From an uncultured Acidobacteriota bacterium (GTDB lineage Bacteria; Acidobacteriota; Polarisedimenticolia; J045): a stretch of 64,000 bases of DNA. Below are positions 1-8,974 of the stretch, piece after piece. The stretch spans positions 199,743 to 263,742 of the forward strand of contig CAVPDB010000009.1 in the NCBI GenBank assembly GCA_963702545.1, read 5' to 3'. The notes below the pieces were generated by a model. That model was not told the origin of the DNA. It ran no database searches and saw only the letters and a program-made list of their open reading frames with translations. The translations under genes and the position numbers were made by a program. Position 1 is the first letter of the stretch, and the number at the start of each line of letters is the position of its first letter.

Positions 1-560
1 TGCTGCGCGAGGAGGTCGTGCGGCTCAACGAGATCCTCGAGGAGTGGCTCGCGTTGACCGCGCCGGAGGAGCGCGCGGCGGGGGACGCGGATGTCGCCGA
101 CGTCGCCGACTCGGTCGCGCGGCTGCTGAAGGTCGAGGCGCGGCACCAGCGGGTCGAGCTGACGGTGGAGCGCGATCCCGACCCGGGCCGGGCCAGGATC
201 TCGACCGCGCGGCTGCGCCAGGTGCTGCTCAACCTCGCGCTCAACGGGCTGCAGGCGATGCCGTCGGGCGGCCGGCTCGTGCTGCGCGTCAAGGCGATGG
301 GGGACCGCGTCGTGCTCGAGGTCGAGGACACCGGCAGCGGGATTCCCGAGGAGGTCCGCGATCGGATCTTCGACTTCCACTTCACGACGCGGGAGGAGGG
401 GAGCGGGCTGGGGCTGGCGATCTGCCGCCGGATGGTCGAGGAGGCCGGCGGGACGATCAGCTTCCTCAGCCGGGTCGGCACCGGGACGACCTTCACCGTG
501 ACGCTGCCCGGGAGCGGGCTGGGCCGGACCCGGCCCGCCTCGGCCGGGCCCTCCGCCTGA
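1..560 (+). CDS. Sensor histidine kinase, C-terminal HATPase_c part (5' end outside window)
   Basis: ORF open from the window edge (codon phase of nt 3) to the stop at 558-560. Translation shows N-box LLNLALNGLQA, G1 EVEDTGSGIP and G2 GSGLGLAI ATP-lid motifs. Confidence 0.85.
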   Translation, partial: LREEVVRLNEILEEWLALTAPEERAAGDADVADVADSVARLLKVEARHQRVELTVERDPDPGRARISTARLRQVLLNLALNGLQAMPSGGRLVLRVKAMGDRVVLEVEDTGSGIPEEVRDRIFDFHFTTREEGSGLGLAICRRMVEEAGGTISFLSRVGTGTTFTVTLPGSGLGRTRPASAGPSA

Positions 561-566
561 GGCGGG

Positions 567-830
567 TCAGTCGGTGCAGCGGCAGCGGGGGAGCGTGCGG
601 TTGCAGGAGAAGCAGTAGCCGCTGGCGCGGAACATCTCGCGCATCTCCCCCTGCCAGGCGTCCGCGATCCCGATCCGCTCGACCTCGGACAGGCCGGCTG
701 CGTCCAGCCACAGGCGCATCGTCTCCAGCGAGGAGTTGTAGGCGCGGAGCAGTTCGAAGATGCCGACCGGGCCGCCGGGGGCGGGGGTCGGCTCGGCCGG
801 CAGCGCAAGCTTGTTCGTGATCGTTCTCAT
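567..830 (-). CDS. Small hypothetical Cys-rich protein (87 aa, ends CFSCNRTLPRCRCTD)
   Basis: Internal ATG (MRTITNK...) of ORF 567..1049. The longer ORF runs through the tRNA-Ser gene, so the short form is preferred. No family recognised. Confidence 0.4.
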   Translation of the reverse strand: MRTITNKLALPAEPTPAPGGPVGIFELLRAYNSSLETMRLWLDAAGLSEVERIGIADAWQGEMREMFRASGYCFSCNRTLPRCRCTD

Positions 831-965
831 CGCGTCTCGACTCGCATGAAAGTACGGGCGATCCGCGGGAAGGGGGGCGTGGAATCGGCGGAATCGGCGG
901 GGTTTTTGCAGCAGCCGGGGACCGGGGGGCGGCCCGGGGGTGCGGGGCCGGGCCCCGGGACGATC

Positions 966-1055
966 TGGCGGAAGGGGTGGGATTCGAACCCACGGTACGG
1001 TTACCCGTACACCGGTTTTCGAGACCGGCGCCTTCAACCGCTCGGCCACCCTTCC
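966..1055 (-). tRNA. tRNA-Ser (anticodon CGA), encoded CCA
   Basis: The reverse complement folds as a cloverleaf: acceptor GGAAGGG/CCCTTCC, anticodon loop CTCGAAA, long variable arm GTACGGGTAACCGTAC, T-loop GGTTCGAATCC, 3' CCA. Confidence 0.9.
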
Positions 1056-1107
1056 AGAAGGCGCCGGGGATCGTAGCAGAGGCTGGTCGGAGCGTCACGG
1101 GAGGGGG

Positions 1108-1782
1108 TCAGCGCGCCGCCATCCGGACCCTCAGCTCCAGGCCGAGGGCCGCGCTGCGGGCCACGACCTCCTCGCCCGGGCCGATCGGGCCCACCCCTGC
1201 CGGCGTCCCGGTGAAGACCAGGTCGCCCGGCTCCAGCGCGAACCAGCGCGAGAGCTGGGCCACGATCGCCGGCGGGTCGAGCAGCATCGAGGCGGCACGG
1301 TCCGACTGGCGGACCGAACCGCCGACCGCGAGGGACAGGTCGATCTCGCCCCACGGAACCGCCAGCGCCGCGCGCGGCACGAACTCGGCGACCGGGGCCG
1401 CGCCGGGGAAACCCTTGCTGCGGGCCCACGGCTGCCCCTTCGCCTTGGCCTGCGCCTGGAGGTCGCGCGCCGTCAGGTCGATCCCGAGGCCGGCCGCGGC
1501 GATCGCGGCCTCGCTCTCCGCGCGGGTCAGGCCGGTCCCGCCGGCGCCGAGCAGCAGGACCAGTTCCACCTCGTGGTGCACCTCCGTGCTCCCCTCGGGC
1601 CAGGCGATCTCGACCGTCGCGCCGGCGCCCGGCGCGACGGCGAGGGCCGAAGCCGGCATCAGGAACACCACCGGCTCGGCCGGTGCGCCCATCTCCCGGG
1701 CGTGCTCGGCGTAGTTGCGTCCCAGCGCGTAGATCGTGCCGGCGCGCACGGGCGCCCCCCCGCGAACCGCGATCTCGGTCAT
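1108..1782 (-). CDS. Fumarylacetoacetate hydrolase (FAH) family protein
   Basis: Internal ATG at 1782 (MTEIAVRGG...). The GRNYAEHAREMG, HHEVELVLLLG and DLVFTGTPAGVGP motifs are typical of FAH-family hydratases/isomerases. Its ATG overlaps the stop of the upstream ORF by 4 bp. Confidence 0.85.
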   Translation of the reverse strand: MTEIAVRGGAPVRAGTIYALGRNYAEHAREMGAPAEPVVFLMPASALAVAPGAGATVEIAWPEGSTEVHHEVELVLLLGAGGTGLTRAESEAAIAAAGLGIDLTARDLQAQAKAKGQPWARSKGFPGAAPVAEFVPRAALAVPWGEIDLSLAVGGSVRQSDRAASMLLDPPAIVAQLSRWFALEPGDLVFTGTPAGVGPIGPGEEVVARSAALGLELRVRMAAR

Positions 1783-2135
1783 GCGCCGTGCCTCGGCCCG
1801 GGCGACCGCGGATCCCCTGCCGGGAAGACCGTGCGCGGCCGCACGGTGTGCAGCGGGATCACGTCGCCGACGAGCCAGGCCAGGGCCACGACCGCGACCG
1901 CGGCGATCAGCGCCGGTTCCCACCAGAGCGAGATCGCTCCGCGGCCGTGCAGCCACACCGGAATCGCGAGCGCGGCGATCAGCCCGGCGCCAAGCAGCCC
2001 GTCCCGCAGCAGGCGCCCCGCCGCCGACCAGCGCAGCACGGCGTTGCACCAGCGGCAGGGAAAGGTCGCCGCCGGCTTCAGGCTGGCCAGCAGGCCCGGG
2101 AACACCCGCCCGCCGCACTCGGGACAGACCGCCAT
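1779..2135 (-). CDS. Small membrane protein with N-terminal zinc-ribbon (CPECG...CRWC)
   Basis: ORF 1779..2135 has two CxxC pairs followed by two hydrophobic helices. It is translationally coupled (ATGA overlap) to the FAH gene. Confidence 0.55.
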   Translation of the reverse strand: MAVCPECGGRVFPGLLASLKPAATFPCRWCNAVLRWSAAGRLLRDGLLGAGLIAALAIPVWLHGRGAISLWWEPALIAAVAVVALAWLVGDVIPLHTVRPRTVFPAGDPRSPGPRHGA

Positions 2136-2208
2136 GCACTCTCCCCGTCGAAAAACCCCAACTGCGGCCCAAGATAGCGAGGCGGGAGTCCCGGCACCAG
2201 CCGGGGTC

Positions 2209-3051
2209 TCACGCCCGGGTCAGTCGGCCGCGCAGGAAGGCCCGGGCTGCGATCCAGGCCTTGAGCGGGCGGGGCAGTTCGATCCGCCGCGGCCCGGCCG
2301 GGAAGCCGGCGCGCTCGACCCGCTCGAGCAGCCGGCGGTAGATCGCGGCCATCGCCTCCGCCGCGCAGAGGTCGCGCGGCCAGCGCCGGCCAAACCCGCG
2401 CGCGGCCTCGAAGCACTCGCGCGCGCGCCCGGCCTCGAACCGCAGCAGCGCCAGCCGCGCGGGGTCCGCGCCCAGCACCCCGGCCTCGTCCACCCCGAAG
2501 AGCGCCAGGTCCTCCTGCGGCAGGTAGAAGCGCCCGGCGGCCGCGTCGGGGCCGAGATCGCGCAGGATGTTGGTCAGCTGCAGGGCCAGCCCAAGCTGCC
2601 GGGCGTACTCGTCGGCCTCCGGCTCGCGGTGTCCCAGGATCCGCACGGTGAGCCGCCCGACCGCCCCCGCCACCAGGTCGCAGTAGCCGGCCAGCTCGTC
2701 GAAGCGCTCGAAGCGCCGGGGCGCCAGATCCCAGCCGACGCCCTCGAGCACCTCTTCGAACAGCCGCCGCTCCAGCCCGAACTGCCGCGCCGCTTCGCCG
2801 GCCCGCACCGCGACCGGATGCGACGCGGTCCCCTCGAAGGCGCGGCCCAGCTCCGCGCGCCAGAACGCCAGCTCGCGCGCCGCGCGCTGCGGGTCGGGCG
2901 CGTCGTCGACCGCGTTGTCGGCGGCGCGGCAGAAGGCGTAGACCGCGACGATCCCGTCGCGCCGGTCGGGCGGTAGCGTGAGAAACGCGTAGTAGAAGTT
3001 GCTCTTCGCCGCGCGCGTGAACTGGCGGACATGGTCGAGCGGCGAGCGGCA
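2209..3051 (-). CDS. Squalene/phytoene synthase family protein (HpnD/CrtB-like); start codon unresolved
   Basis: The ORF track gives only 2209..2808 (GTG start). The same frame stays open up to the lnt stop and encodes FTRAAKSNFYYAFLTLPPDRRDGIVAVYAFCRAADNAVDD, the family's N-terminal DxxxD region. No ATG/GTG/TTG exists in that frame. Confidence 0.8.
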   Translation of the reverse strand, partial: CRSPLDHVRQFTRAAKSNFYYAFLTLPPDRRDGIVAVYAFCRAADNAVDDAPDPQRAARELAFWRAELGRAFEGTASHPVAVRAGEAARQFGLERRLFEEVLEGVGWDLAPRRFERFDELAGYCDLVAGAVGRLTVRILGHREPEADEYARQLGLALQLTNILRDLGPDAAAGRFYLPQEDLALFGVDEAGVLGADPARLALLRFEAGRARECFEAARGFGRRWPRDLCAAEAMAAIYRRLLERVERAGFPAGPRRIELPRPLKAWIAARAFLRGRLTRA

Positions 3052-4662
3052 TCAGCGCGGGGCGTCCGCGCGGCGCAGCCGCCGCCGCACCAGGAACCAC
3101 GCCATCGCGGCGACCCAGGCCGCGCCCCAGGCGCGGTCGATCAGGCCGCCCCAGCGGGTGTAGGGGGGCGGCCCGCCGTGCGGCACGGTCACCGGCCGGA
3201 TCAGCGTTCCTTCTTCCAGCCGGAAGCGTCCGGTCCGGGCGCCGCGCAGGTACTCCTCGACCCGCCCGTCGGGGGCGACGAAGGCCGACGGGCCGGTGTT
3301 GCCGACCCGCACCATCCCGACGCGGTTCTCCACCGCACGCAGGATGTTCACCCCCATCTGGTTGTTCGAGAGGGCCCAGCCCAGCCAGCCCTCCGAGCTG
3401 AGGTTGACGAAGAACTCCGCGCCGCGCCGGCGCGCCTCGCGGCCCAGTTCGGGGTAGCACGACTCGTAGCAGAGCGGCGTCCAGAACGTCCACTGGCGGC
3501 CGTCCGCCTGCAGCGCGAGCGGGATCGCGCCCGGCCCGGCGTAGCCGTTGGGCGCGTTGCGCCAGGCCGAGAGCGTGATCTCTGTCAGCCAGCGCCCCAG
3601 CGCCGGGAACTGGCGCTCGAGCCACGGGAACCCGCGGCGCTCGGTGAAGGGGAAGAGCACGACCTTGTCGTAGCGCCCGACGCGCTCGCCGGCGGGGTCG
3701 ATGATCATCGCGGTGTTGGTGGGGCGCCGGCCGTCCGGCCCGAAGTTCTGCGTCCCGAAGAGCACGGGCGTGCCGAGCGTCCGAGCCACCGCCGCGACGT
3801 TCTTCTCGTATTCCGGCCAGCGGTCGAGGTTGGCCAGGATCGAGTTCTCCGGCCAGGCGATCAGGTCGGCCGCGCCGCGCGGCACGGTCGCGAGCGTCTG
3901 CTGGACCGTCCCGGCCAGGACCTGCGGGGTGAGCTGGAACGAGTGCTCGAGCGCCGGTTGGACCACCGCGATCCGCGGCCCCGGCCCCTCCGCCACGCCG
4001 CCGATGCGGGCCGCGCCGTAGATGACCAGGAAGGCCACCGCGGCCGCGGCCAGCCCCGCGCCCCAGCGCAGCCGGCGCGCGTCGCCGGATCGCGGGCCGT
4101 CGAGCGCCCGCTTCGCGAGGTCCGCCAGCAGCCCCACCGGGATGGTCCAGAGGAAGGTGAGGCCGTAGGAGCCGACCAGATCGGCGGCCTGGATCAGCAC
4201 CGGGTAGCCGAAGAGAAAGGTCCCCACCTGGTACATGTTGTAGTTGCCCACCCCGAGGATCGCGCGGGTCCACTCCCCGGCCGCCATCGTCAGCGGCAGG
4301 ACCACGAACAGCGGCCAGCCCGAAACGCGGTGGAGCGACCAGGCCAGCAGCGACTGGACCACGTAGTGCAGCGTGATCACCGCCGGCAGCAGGGCCAGCG
4401 CGATCCAGCCGAACTTCAGCAGCGGCAGGTTGGCGACCCACATGAAGAGCAGCAGTCCGGGCAGGAAGCCGAGCACGGGGGCGCGCCAGCGGTCGATCAC
4501 CGCCGGCGCCATGAGCACGGCCCAGCCCAGCGCGAGCAGCGGACCCAGCGCCTCGTAGCGGGTGGCCGCCAGCAGCACCAGGCCGCCCGCGAGGGAGACG
4601 GCAAGGACCTCGGCGAGGCGGCGCAGGCGGGGAAGCGGCGTCGGGCCGGGGCTCGGGGACAT
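3052..4662 (-). CDS. lnt: Apolipoprotein N-acyltransferase
   Basis: 536-aa ORF with a multi-helix N-terminal membrane part and a C-terminal CN-hydrolase domain. Motifs: WPENS, YDKVVLFPFTE, LCYESCYP (catalytic Cys). Confidence 0.9.
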   Translation of the reverse strand: MSPSPGPTPLPRLRRLAEVLAVSLAGGLVLLAATRYEALGPLLALGWAVLMAPAVIDRWRAPVLGFLPGLLLFMWVANLPLLKFGWIALALLPAVITLHYVVQSLLAWSLHRVSGWPLFVVLPLTMAAGEWTRAILGVGNYNMYQVGTFLFGYPVLIQAADLVGSYGLTFLWTIPVGLLADLAKRALDGPRSGDARRLRWGAGLAAAAVAFLVIYGAARIGGVAEGPGPRIAVVQPALEHSFQLTPQVLAGTVQQTLATVPRGAADLIAWPENSILANLDRWPEYEKNVAAVARTLGTPVLFGTQNFGPDGRRPTNTAMIIDPAGERVGRYDKVVLFPFTERRGFPWLERQFPALGRWLTEITLSAWRNAPNGYAGPGAIPLALQADGRQWTFWTPLCYESCYPELGREARRRGAEFFVNLSSEGWLGWALSNNQMGVNILRAVENRVGMVRVGNTGPSAFVAPDGRVEEYLRGARTGRFRLEEGTLIRPVTVPHGGPPPYTRWGGLIDRAWGAAWVAAMAWFLVRRRLRRADAPR

Positions 4663-4666
4663 CCTC

Positions 4667-5944
4667 TCAGGCCTCCCAGCGCCGCAGCGCGAGGCAGGCG
4701 TTCGTGCCGCCGAAGCCGAAGCTGTTCGAGAGCGCCGTGCGGGCCTCCAGCGCGTTGTCCGGCTCGAGCGCCAGCTTCAGGTGCGCACACCGTTCGTCGA
4801 CCGTGTCGACGTTGATCGAGGGGGCCAGGAAGCCGCCCCGCAGCATCTGGATCGTGTAGATCGCCTCGAGGCTCCCGGCCGCCCCGACGGCGTGGCCGGT
4901 CGTCGACTTGGTCGAGGAGATCCAGGGCTGGCGCTCGCCGAAGACCGCCTGCATCGCCGTCGCCTCGGAGGGGTCGCCGGCCGGCGTCGAGGTCCCGTGG
5001 GCGTTGACGTAGTCGATCTCGTCCGCGCGCAGCCCGGCGTCGGCGAGCGCCTCGCGCATGACCTCGATCGCCCCGTCGGTCAGCGGCGCCACCATGTCGT
5101 TGCCGTCGGAGTTGGCGGCGAAGCCGACCAGTTCGGCCAGGATCGGCGCACCGCGCCGGCGGGCCGCGTCGAGATCCTCCAGCAGCAGGATTCCCGCGCC
5201 GCCGCTGATCACGAAGCCGTCGCGGTCGGCGTCGAAGGGGCGCGACGCGCGCTCGGGCCGATCGTTGAAGTCGCGCGAGAGCGCGTGCATCGCGTCGAAG
5301 GCCGCGGCCCGCGTCCAGTCCAACTCGTCGGCGGCGCCGGCCAGGATCCGCTCGTAGCGGCCGGTGCGGATCAGCAGTGCGGCCAGCGCGATCGCGTGCG
5401 AGCCGGTCGAGCAGGCCGACGAGACGCACCAGCTCTCGCCCCGCGTGCCGAGCGCGACGCTGACGTTGGCGGCGGCGGTCGAGGTCATGACCTGCGGGAC
5501 CGTGAAGGGGCTGACCCGCCGGGTCGACTGGAACTTCTCGAGCCCGGCGGCGCGCGCCCTCTCGGCCTCCTGCTCGACCTGCTTCAGCGCGTTGTAGTTG
5601 CGGATCGCCGAGCCGATCCCCGAGCCGATGATCACGGCGACCCGCGTCCCGCGGACCTCGGCCGGCTCGATCCCCGCGCCGGTCAGGGCCTCGTGCGTCG
5701 CGTAGAGCGCCATCCGCGACATGCTGGTCGCCGACTTCTCAACCTTGCGGGTCAGCAGCGGGGAGTCGGGCTCGGCCTCCGGCACGCCCGCGACCTGCGA
5801 GGCGAAGCCGATCCCGACCCATTCCGGCATGAATCGGACGCCCGAGCGGCCCGAACGGAGGGACTCCTCGATCGCCGCCAGGCCGGTGCCGATCGACGAG
5901 ACGGCCCCCATTCCGGTCACGACCACCCGTCGCAGCGACCCCAT
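4667..5944 (-). CDS. fabF: Beta-ketoacyl-ACP synthase (KAS II-like)
   Basis: Internal ATG at 5944 (MGSLRRVVVTGMGAVSS). Active-site CSTGSHAI, HGTSTPAGD and GHAVGAAG motifs. Stop lies 5 nt upstream of the lnt start. Confidence 0.9.
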   Translation of the reverse strand: MGSLRRVVVTGMGAVSSIGTGLAAIEESLRSGRSGVRFMPEWVGIGFASQVAGVPEAEPDSPLLTRKVEKSATSMSRMALYATHEALTGAGIEPAEVRGTRVAVIIGSGIGSAIRNYNALKQVEQEAERARAAGLEKFQSTRRVSPFTVPQVMTSTAAANVSVALGTRGESWCVSSACSTGSHAIALAALLIRTGRYERILAGAADELDWTRAAAFDAMHALSRDFNDRPERASRPFDADRDGFVISGGAGILLLEDLDAARRRGAPILAELVGFAANSDGNDMVAPLTDGAIEVMREALADAGLRADEIDYVNAHGTSTPAGDPSEATAMQAVFGERQPWISSTKSTTGHAVGAAGSLEAIYTIQMLRGGFLAPSINVDTVDERCAHLKLALEPDNALEARTALSNSFGFGGTNACLALRRWEA

Positions 5945-6103
5945 GCCACCCTCCGCGGCCCCCTGGCCAGGACCGGCATGATACCGACAGATCGTGCGTT
6001 CCGGTCCCAAGCTGGACAGCCCGGGGGGGCGGTATTAGACTCCCCCCTTCGGTCGTAAAGGCCACGGGCGGCGCCGGACGGCGCGCCCCGCAAGGAGTCC
6101 CAG

Positions 6104-6487
6104 ATGTCGACCAACCCGACCCAGACCAGCGAACCGGCCGGCGCCCCGGCCCCGGGCGGCGAGATGCTCGTGCTGACCCCGGCCGCGGTGAAGAAACTGC
6201 TCGTCTACCAGTCCGAGAACCCCGAGTTCCAGGGCAAGGCTTTCCGGATCTTCATCGAGGGCGGCGGCTGCTCCGGGTTCCGCTACGGCTTCGGCTTCGA
6301 TGACGCGTCGGAGGACGACTGGAGCTTCGAGGCCGGCGGCCTGAACGTGACCGTCGACCCGACGTCGATGCAGTACCTGCAGGGCGCGACCGTCGACTTC
6401 GTGGACGACCTGTCGGGCTCCGGGTTCCTCGTCAAGAACCCGAACGCCAAGACCTCCTGCGGCTGCGGGAGCTCTTTCGGCGGCTGA
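6104..6487 (+). CDS. erpA: Iron-sulfur cluster insertion protein, HesB/IscA/ErpA family
   Basis: 127-aa ORF with [17 protein letters not shown] and the C-terminal SCGCGSSF cysteine motif. Confidence 0.9.
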   Translation: MSTNPTQTSEPAGAPAPGGEMLVLTPAAVKKLLVYQSENPEFQGKAFRIFIEGGGCSGFRYGFGFDDASEDDWSFEAGGLNVTVDPTSMQYLQGATVDFVDDLSGSGFLVKNPNAKTSCGCGSSFGG

Positions 6488-6511
6488 GCCGCCCCCCGCG
6501 CTGGACATCGC

Positions 6512-6548
6512 GAGGCCCCCGGGCGGTCGCCCGGGGGCCTCGTTTTTT
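6512..6548 (+). terminator. Rho-independent terminator after erpA
   Basis: GAGGCCCCCGGGCGGTCGCCCGGGGGCCTC stem-loop followed by TTTTTT. It sits between convergent genes. Confidence 0.65.
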
Positions 6549-6585
6549 GCAGCGGAACCAAGGAAAGAGGGAAGGAGCCAGGTCC

Positions 6586-7551
6586 TCACGCCCCGGTGTG
6601 GGCCGGGGCCGGTGGCGCGTGGGGGGCCACCGCGGGCGCGCCGTTGCCGCTCCAGTCGATCGGCCAGACCGGGACCTGGGCCCCGGCCGGCGCACCGCGC
6701 GCGGCGGCCAGCGCATGCTGCGCGGCGACCAGCAGCGCCTCGACCTCGGGCCACGGCCCGTTCTCGGGGATGGCGATTCCGGCCATCACCAGGTCGCGCC
6801 GCCCCACGCCGGCCTGAGTCGCGAGCACGGTGACGAGGCGCGAGACGGCGGGGCGCGCGTCGCGGCAGTGCGGCAGCAGGATCGCGACCCGCCGCGCGTC
6901 CCAGCGGCCGACCGAGTCCGACCCGCGGACCGCCTGCTTGATCGCGCGGCCGAGCCGGCGGCTCCAGCGATCGGGCTGCGCCAGGGCGACCAGCGGCAGC
7001 GACTCGGCCAGTTCGATCAAGAGCAGCGTCGCCGCCTCGCGGGCCTCCTCGGCCTCCGACAGCGCCTGCTCGAGCGTCGCGGTGAAGCCCTTGCGGTTGA
7101 GCAGGCCGGTGGCCTGGTCGTAGAGGTCGAGCCGGCGGATCCGGTCGGCCTGCGCGCGCACATCCCCCTCCCGGCGGGCCAGGCGCGAGCGGATCGACTC
7201 CGAGTCCTCCGCCAGGGTCTGCCAGAGGTGCAGCGTGCGGGCCAGGCCCCACGCGGTGAGCACGGCACCGACCAGAGCGAGTGCCGGGGCGACCCAGGGC
7301 TCCAGCCCCTCCGAGAGCCCCATCACCAGCGCCGCGGCCAGCAGCGTGAGGCCGCCCGCGAGCGCCAGCCGCGCGCTCCACGGCCGGCCGCGGCCGAGCC
7401 ACAGCACCAGGGCGACGCCGGTCAGGAAGGCGACCGCGCCGCCGGCGGCAAGCGAGGCGCGCTCCGAGCCCGGGAACAGGAAAGGGGCCGCCGCGGCGGC
7501 GGCCGTGACGGACGCCAGCGGAAGGTACGGACCTCCCCGCAGCCACTTCAT
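6586..7551 (-). CDS. Membrane protein with degenerate GGDEF (diguanylate-cyclase-like) domain
   Basis: Four or five N-terminal hydrophobic helices and a coiled linker, then DQATGLLNRKGF (start of the GGDEF fold). The signature position reads RWDARRV instead of R(Y/W)GGDEF. Confidence 0.75.
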   Translation of the reverse strand: MKWLRGGPYLPLASVTAAAAAAPFLFPGSERASLAAGGAVAFLTGVALVLWLGRGRPWSARLALAGGLTLLAAALVMGLSEGLEPWVAPALALVGAVLTAWGLARTLHLWQTLAEDSESIRSRLARREGDVRAQADRIRRLDLYDQATGLLNRKGFTATLEQALSEAEEAREAATLLLIELAESLPLVALAQPDRWSRRLGRAIKQAVRGSDSVGRWDARRVAILLPHCRDARPAVSRLVTVLATQAGVGRRDLVMAGIAIPENGPWPEVEALLVAAQHALAAARGAPAGAQVPVWPIDWSGNGAPAVAPHAPPAPAHTGA

Positions 7552-7850
7552 CGCTCAGGACTCCACACCCGCACGATCCCCCGACGGAACTAACGCAAAG
7601 TTCGTGCCCCGGACCGGGCGAACGCAAGCGGAACCGGGCGTTTGGTCCCGGACCGGGCGGGCAGGAGAGGGGTCCGACCCCCGCCGGAGCCGGTGGACGA
7701 GGAATGTCGCCAGGTGACGCGGAGGGGCAGCGGCGGGGGGTGGCGGGAGCGGGCGGCCCGGCGGAGAGCTGGTGGGGTGGGCGTGGGAGAGGGCGGCGGC
7801 CTCCGGGGGGGCCGGCGGGGCCGCGACCCGGGGCGCAGGCTCGGTGGGAC

Positions 7851-7939
7851 TGGTGCCGGAAGTGGGAGTCGAACCCACAAGGGGCGTGAGCCCCGGCGGA
7901 TTTTGAATCCGCTGCGTCTGCCGATTCCGCCATTCCGGC
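7851..7939 (-). tRNA. tRNA-Leu (anticodon CAA), encoded CCA
   Basis: Reverse complement: acceptor GCCGGAA/TTCCGGC, anticodon loop TTCAAAA, long variable arm, T-loop GGTTCGACTCC, CCA. Confidence 0.9.
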
Positions 7940-7957
7940 GCGGGTCAGCCCGTCATC

Positions 7958-8737
7958 TTAGCTCCGGCCCTGCAGCCGCCGCCGCCCGCGGGGCCCGCCG
8001 GTCACCGGATCCCCCAGCGCCTCCCGCAGCAGCGCCGTCGCCGCCGCCCAGGACCGCTGGTCGGCGTCCGGCTCGTAGAACAGCCCGCCGCGCGGGTCGC
8101 GGGGCAGTTCGTAGTTCGTGAAGCCGTGGCCGGCGCGACCGTAGACGACGAGCTGCCAGTCCGCGCCCGCGTCCTCCATCTCGCGCTGGAACGCCTGCAC
8201 GTGCTCGGCGCTGACCATCGGGTCGAGCACGCCGTGGAACGCGAGCACCCGCGCCTGCACCGCGCCGCGGGCGGCGCGCCGCGGCGTGTCGAGCAGCCCG
8301 TGGAAGCTGATCGCCGCGGCCAGGTCGGCGCCGTCGCGAGCCAGTTCCAGCGCCACGCCGCCGCCGAAGCAGTAGCCGAGCGCGGCGACCTCGCACCCGC
8401 GGACCAGCGGGCTGTCGGCCAGCCGCGCCAGCCCGGCCCGGGCCCGTCGGCGCAGGAGCGGGCTGTCGGCCACGAGCCGGTTCATCTCGCGGGCGGCCTC
8501 CTCGTTGGACTGCGGCCGCACGCCGCGGCCGTACAGATCGAGCGCGAAGGCGACGTAACCCAGCGCCGCCAGCGCGCGCGTTCGCTCCTCGACGAACGGG
8601 ACCAGCCCCTTCCACATGTGACAGACCAGCACGCCCGGGCGCGGCCAGGGGAGGGTGGGGTCGTACGCGGCGTAGCCCTCGAGCGGCAGGCCGCCGTGGG
8701 CGTAGAGCACGCGTTCGGTGCGGAGCGGGGCGCGCAT
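7958..8737 (-). CDS. Dienelactone hydrolase family protein
   Basis: Internal ATG at 8737 ([10 protein letters not shown]...). The GYCFGGG nucleophile elbow, HG...D and GHGF motifs are typical of DLH. The longer 462-aa ORF upstream is low-complexity. Confidence 0.85.
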   Translation of the reverse strand: MRAPLRTERVLYAHGGLPLEGYAAYDPTLPWPRPGVLVCHMWKGLVPFVEERTRALAALGYVAFALDLYGRGVRPQSNEEAAREMNRLVADSPLLRRRARAGLARLADSPLVRGCEVAALGYCFGGGVALELARDGADLAAAISFHGLLDTPRRAARGAVQARVLAFHGVLDPMVSAEHVQAFQREMEDAGADWQLVVYGRAGHGFTNYELPRDPRGGLFYEPDADQRSWAAATALLREALGDPVTGGPRGRRRLQGRS

Positions 8738-8783
8738 GGGCTGGACCTCCGGCGGCGAGCCAACGCCGATCGTACAGCGACCG

Positions 8784-8857
8784 GTAGGGGCCGGCCTCCG
8801 TGCCGGCCCGCACGATCCGGGTCGCACCTTCGGGCCGGCACGGAGGCCGGCCCCTAC
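8784..8857. repeat. 27-bp perfect inverted repeat (20-nt loop) in a divergent intergenic region
   Basis: GTAGGGGCCGGCCTCCGTGCCGGCCCG (8784-8810) is the exact reverse complement of 8831-8857. Confidence 0.85.
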
Positions 8858-8974
8858 AGGAGGGCCGAGGCGGCGGGCTTGACGGCCTGCGCAACCGGTC
8901 TTAGGGTTTGGCGTGGAATCGTTCCAATCGAAAGTATCGGCCGCCGGGGGCGGACCCGGCGGCGGGAGGTTCCG

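Noticed and set aside
846-1076. Small ORFs overlapping the tRNA genes (846..1076, 977..1714 start region, 7704..7889)
   Set aside because: They run through tRNA-Ser and tRNA-Leu, so the tRNA structures explain the sequence.
2078-4441. 787-aa minus-strand ORF, and similar very long ORFs in part 1 (940..2976, 6035..7933, 10204..11979, 3031..4815)
   Set aside because: Their translations are Arg/Pro/Gly/Ala low-complexity strings with no motifs. They overlap genes with clear family signatures in another frame or strand. These are the stop-poor shadow frames expected at >70% GC.
900-8000. An integrated element next to tRNA-Ser or tRNA-Leu
   Set aside because: No integrase, no direct repeat of the tRNA 3' end, and the flanking genes are ordinary housekeeping genes.
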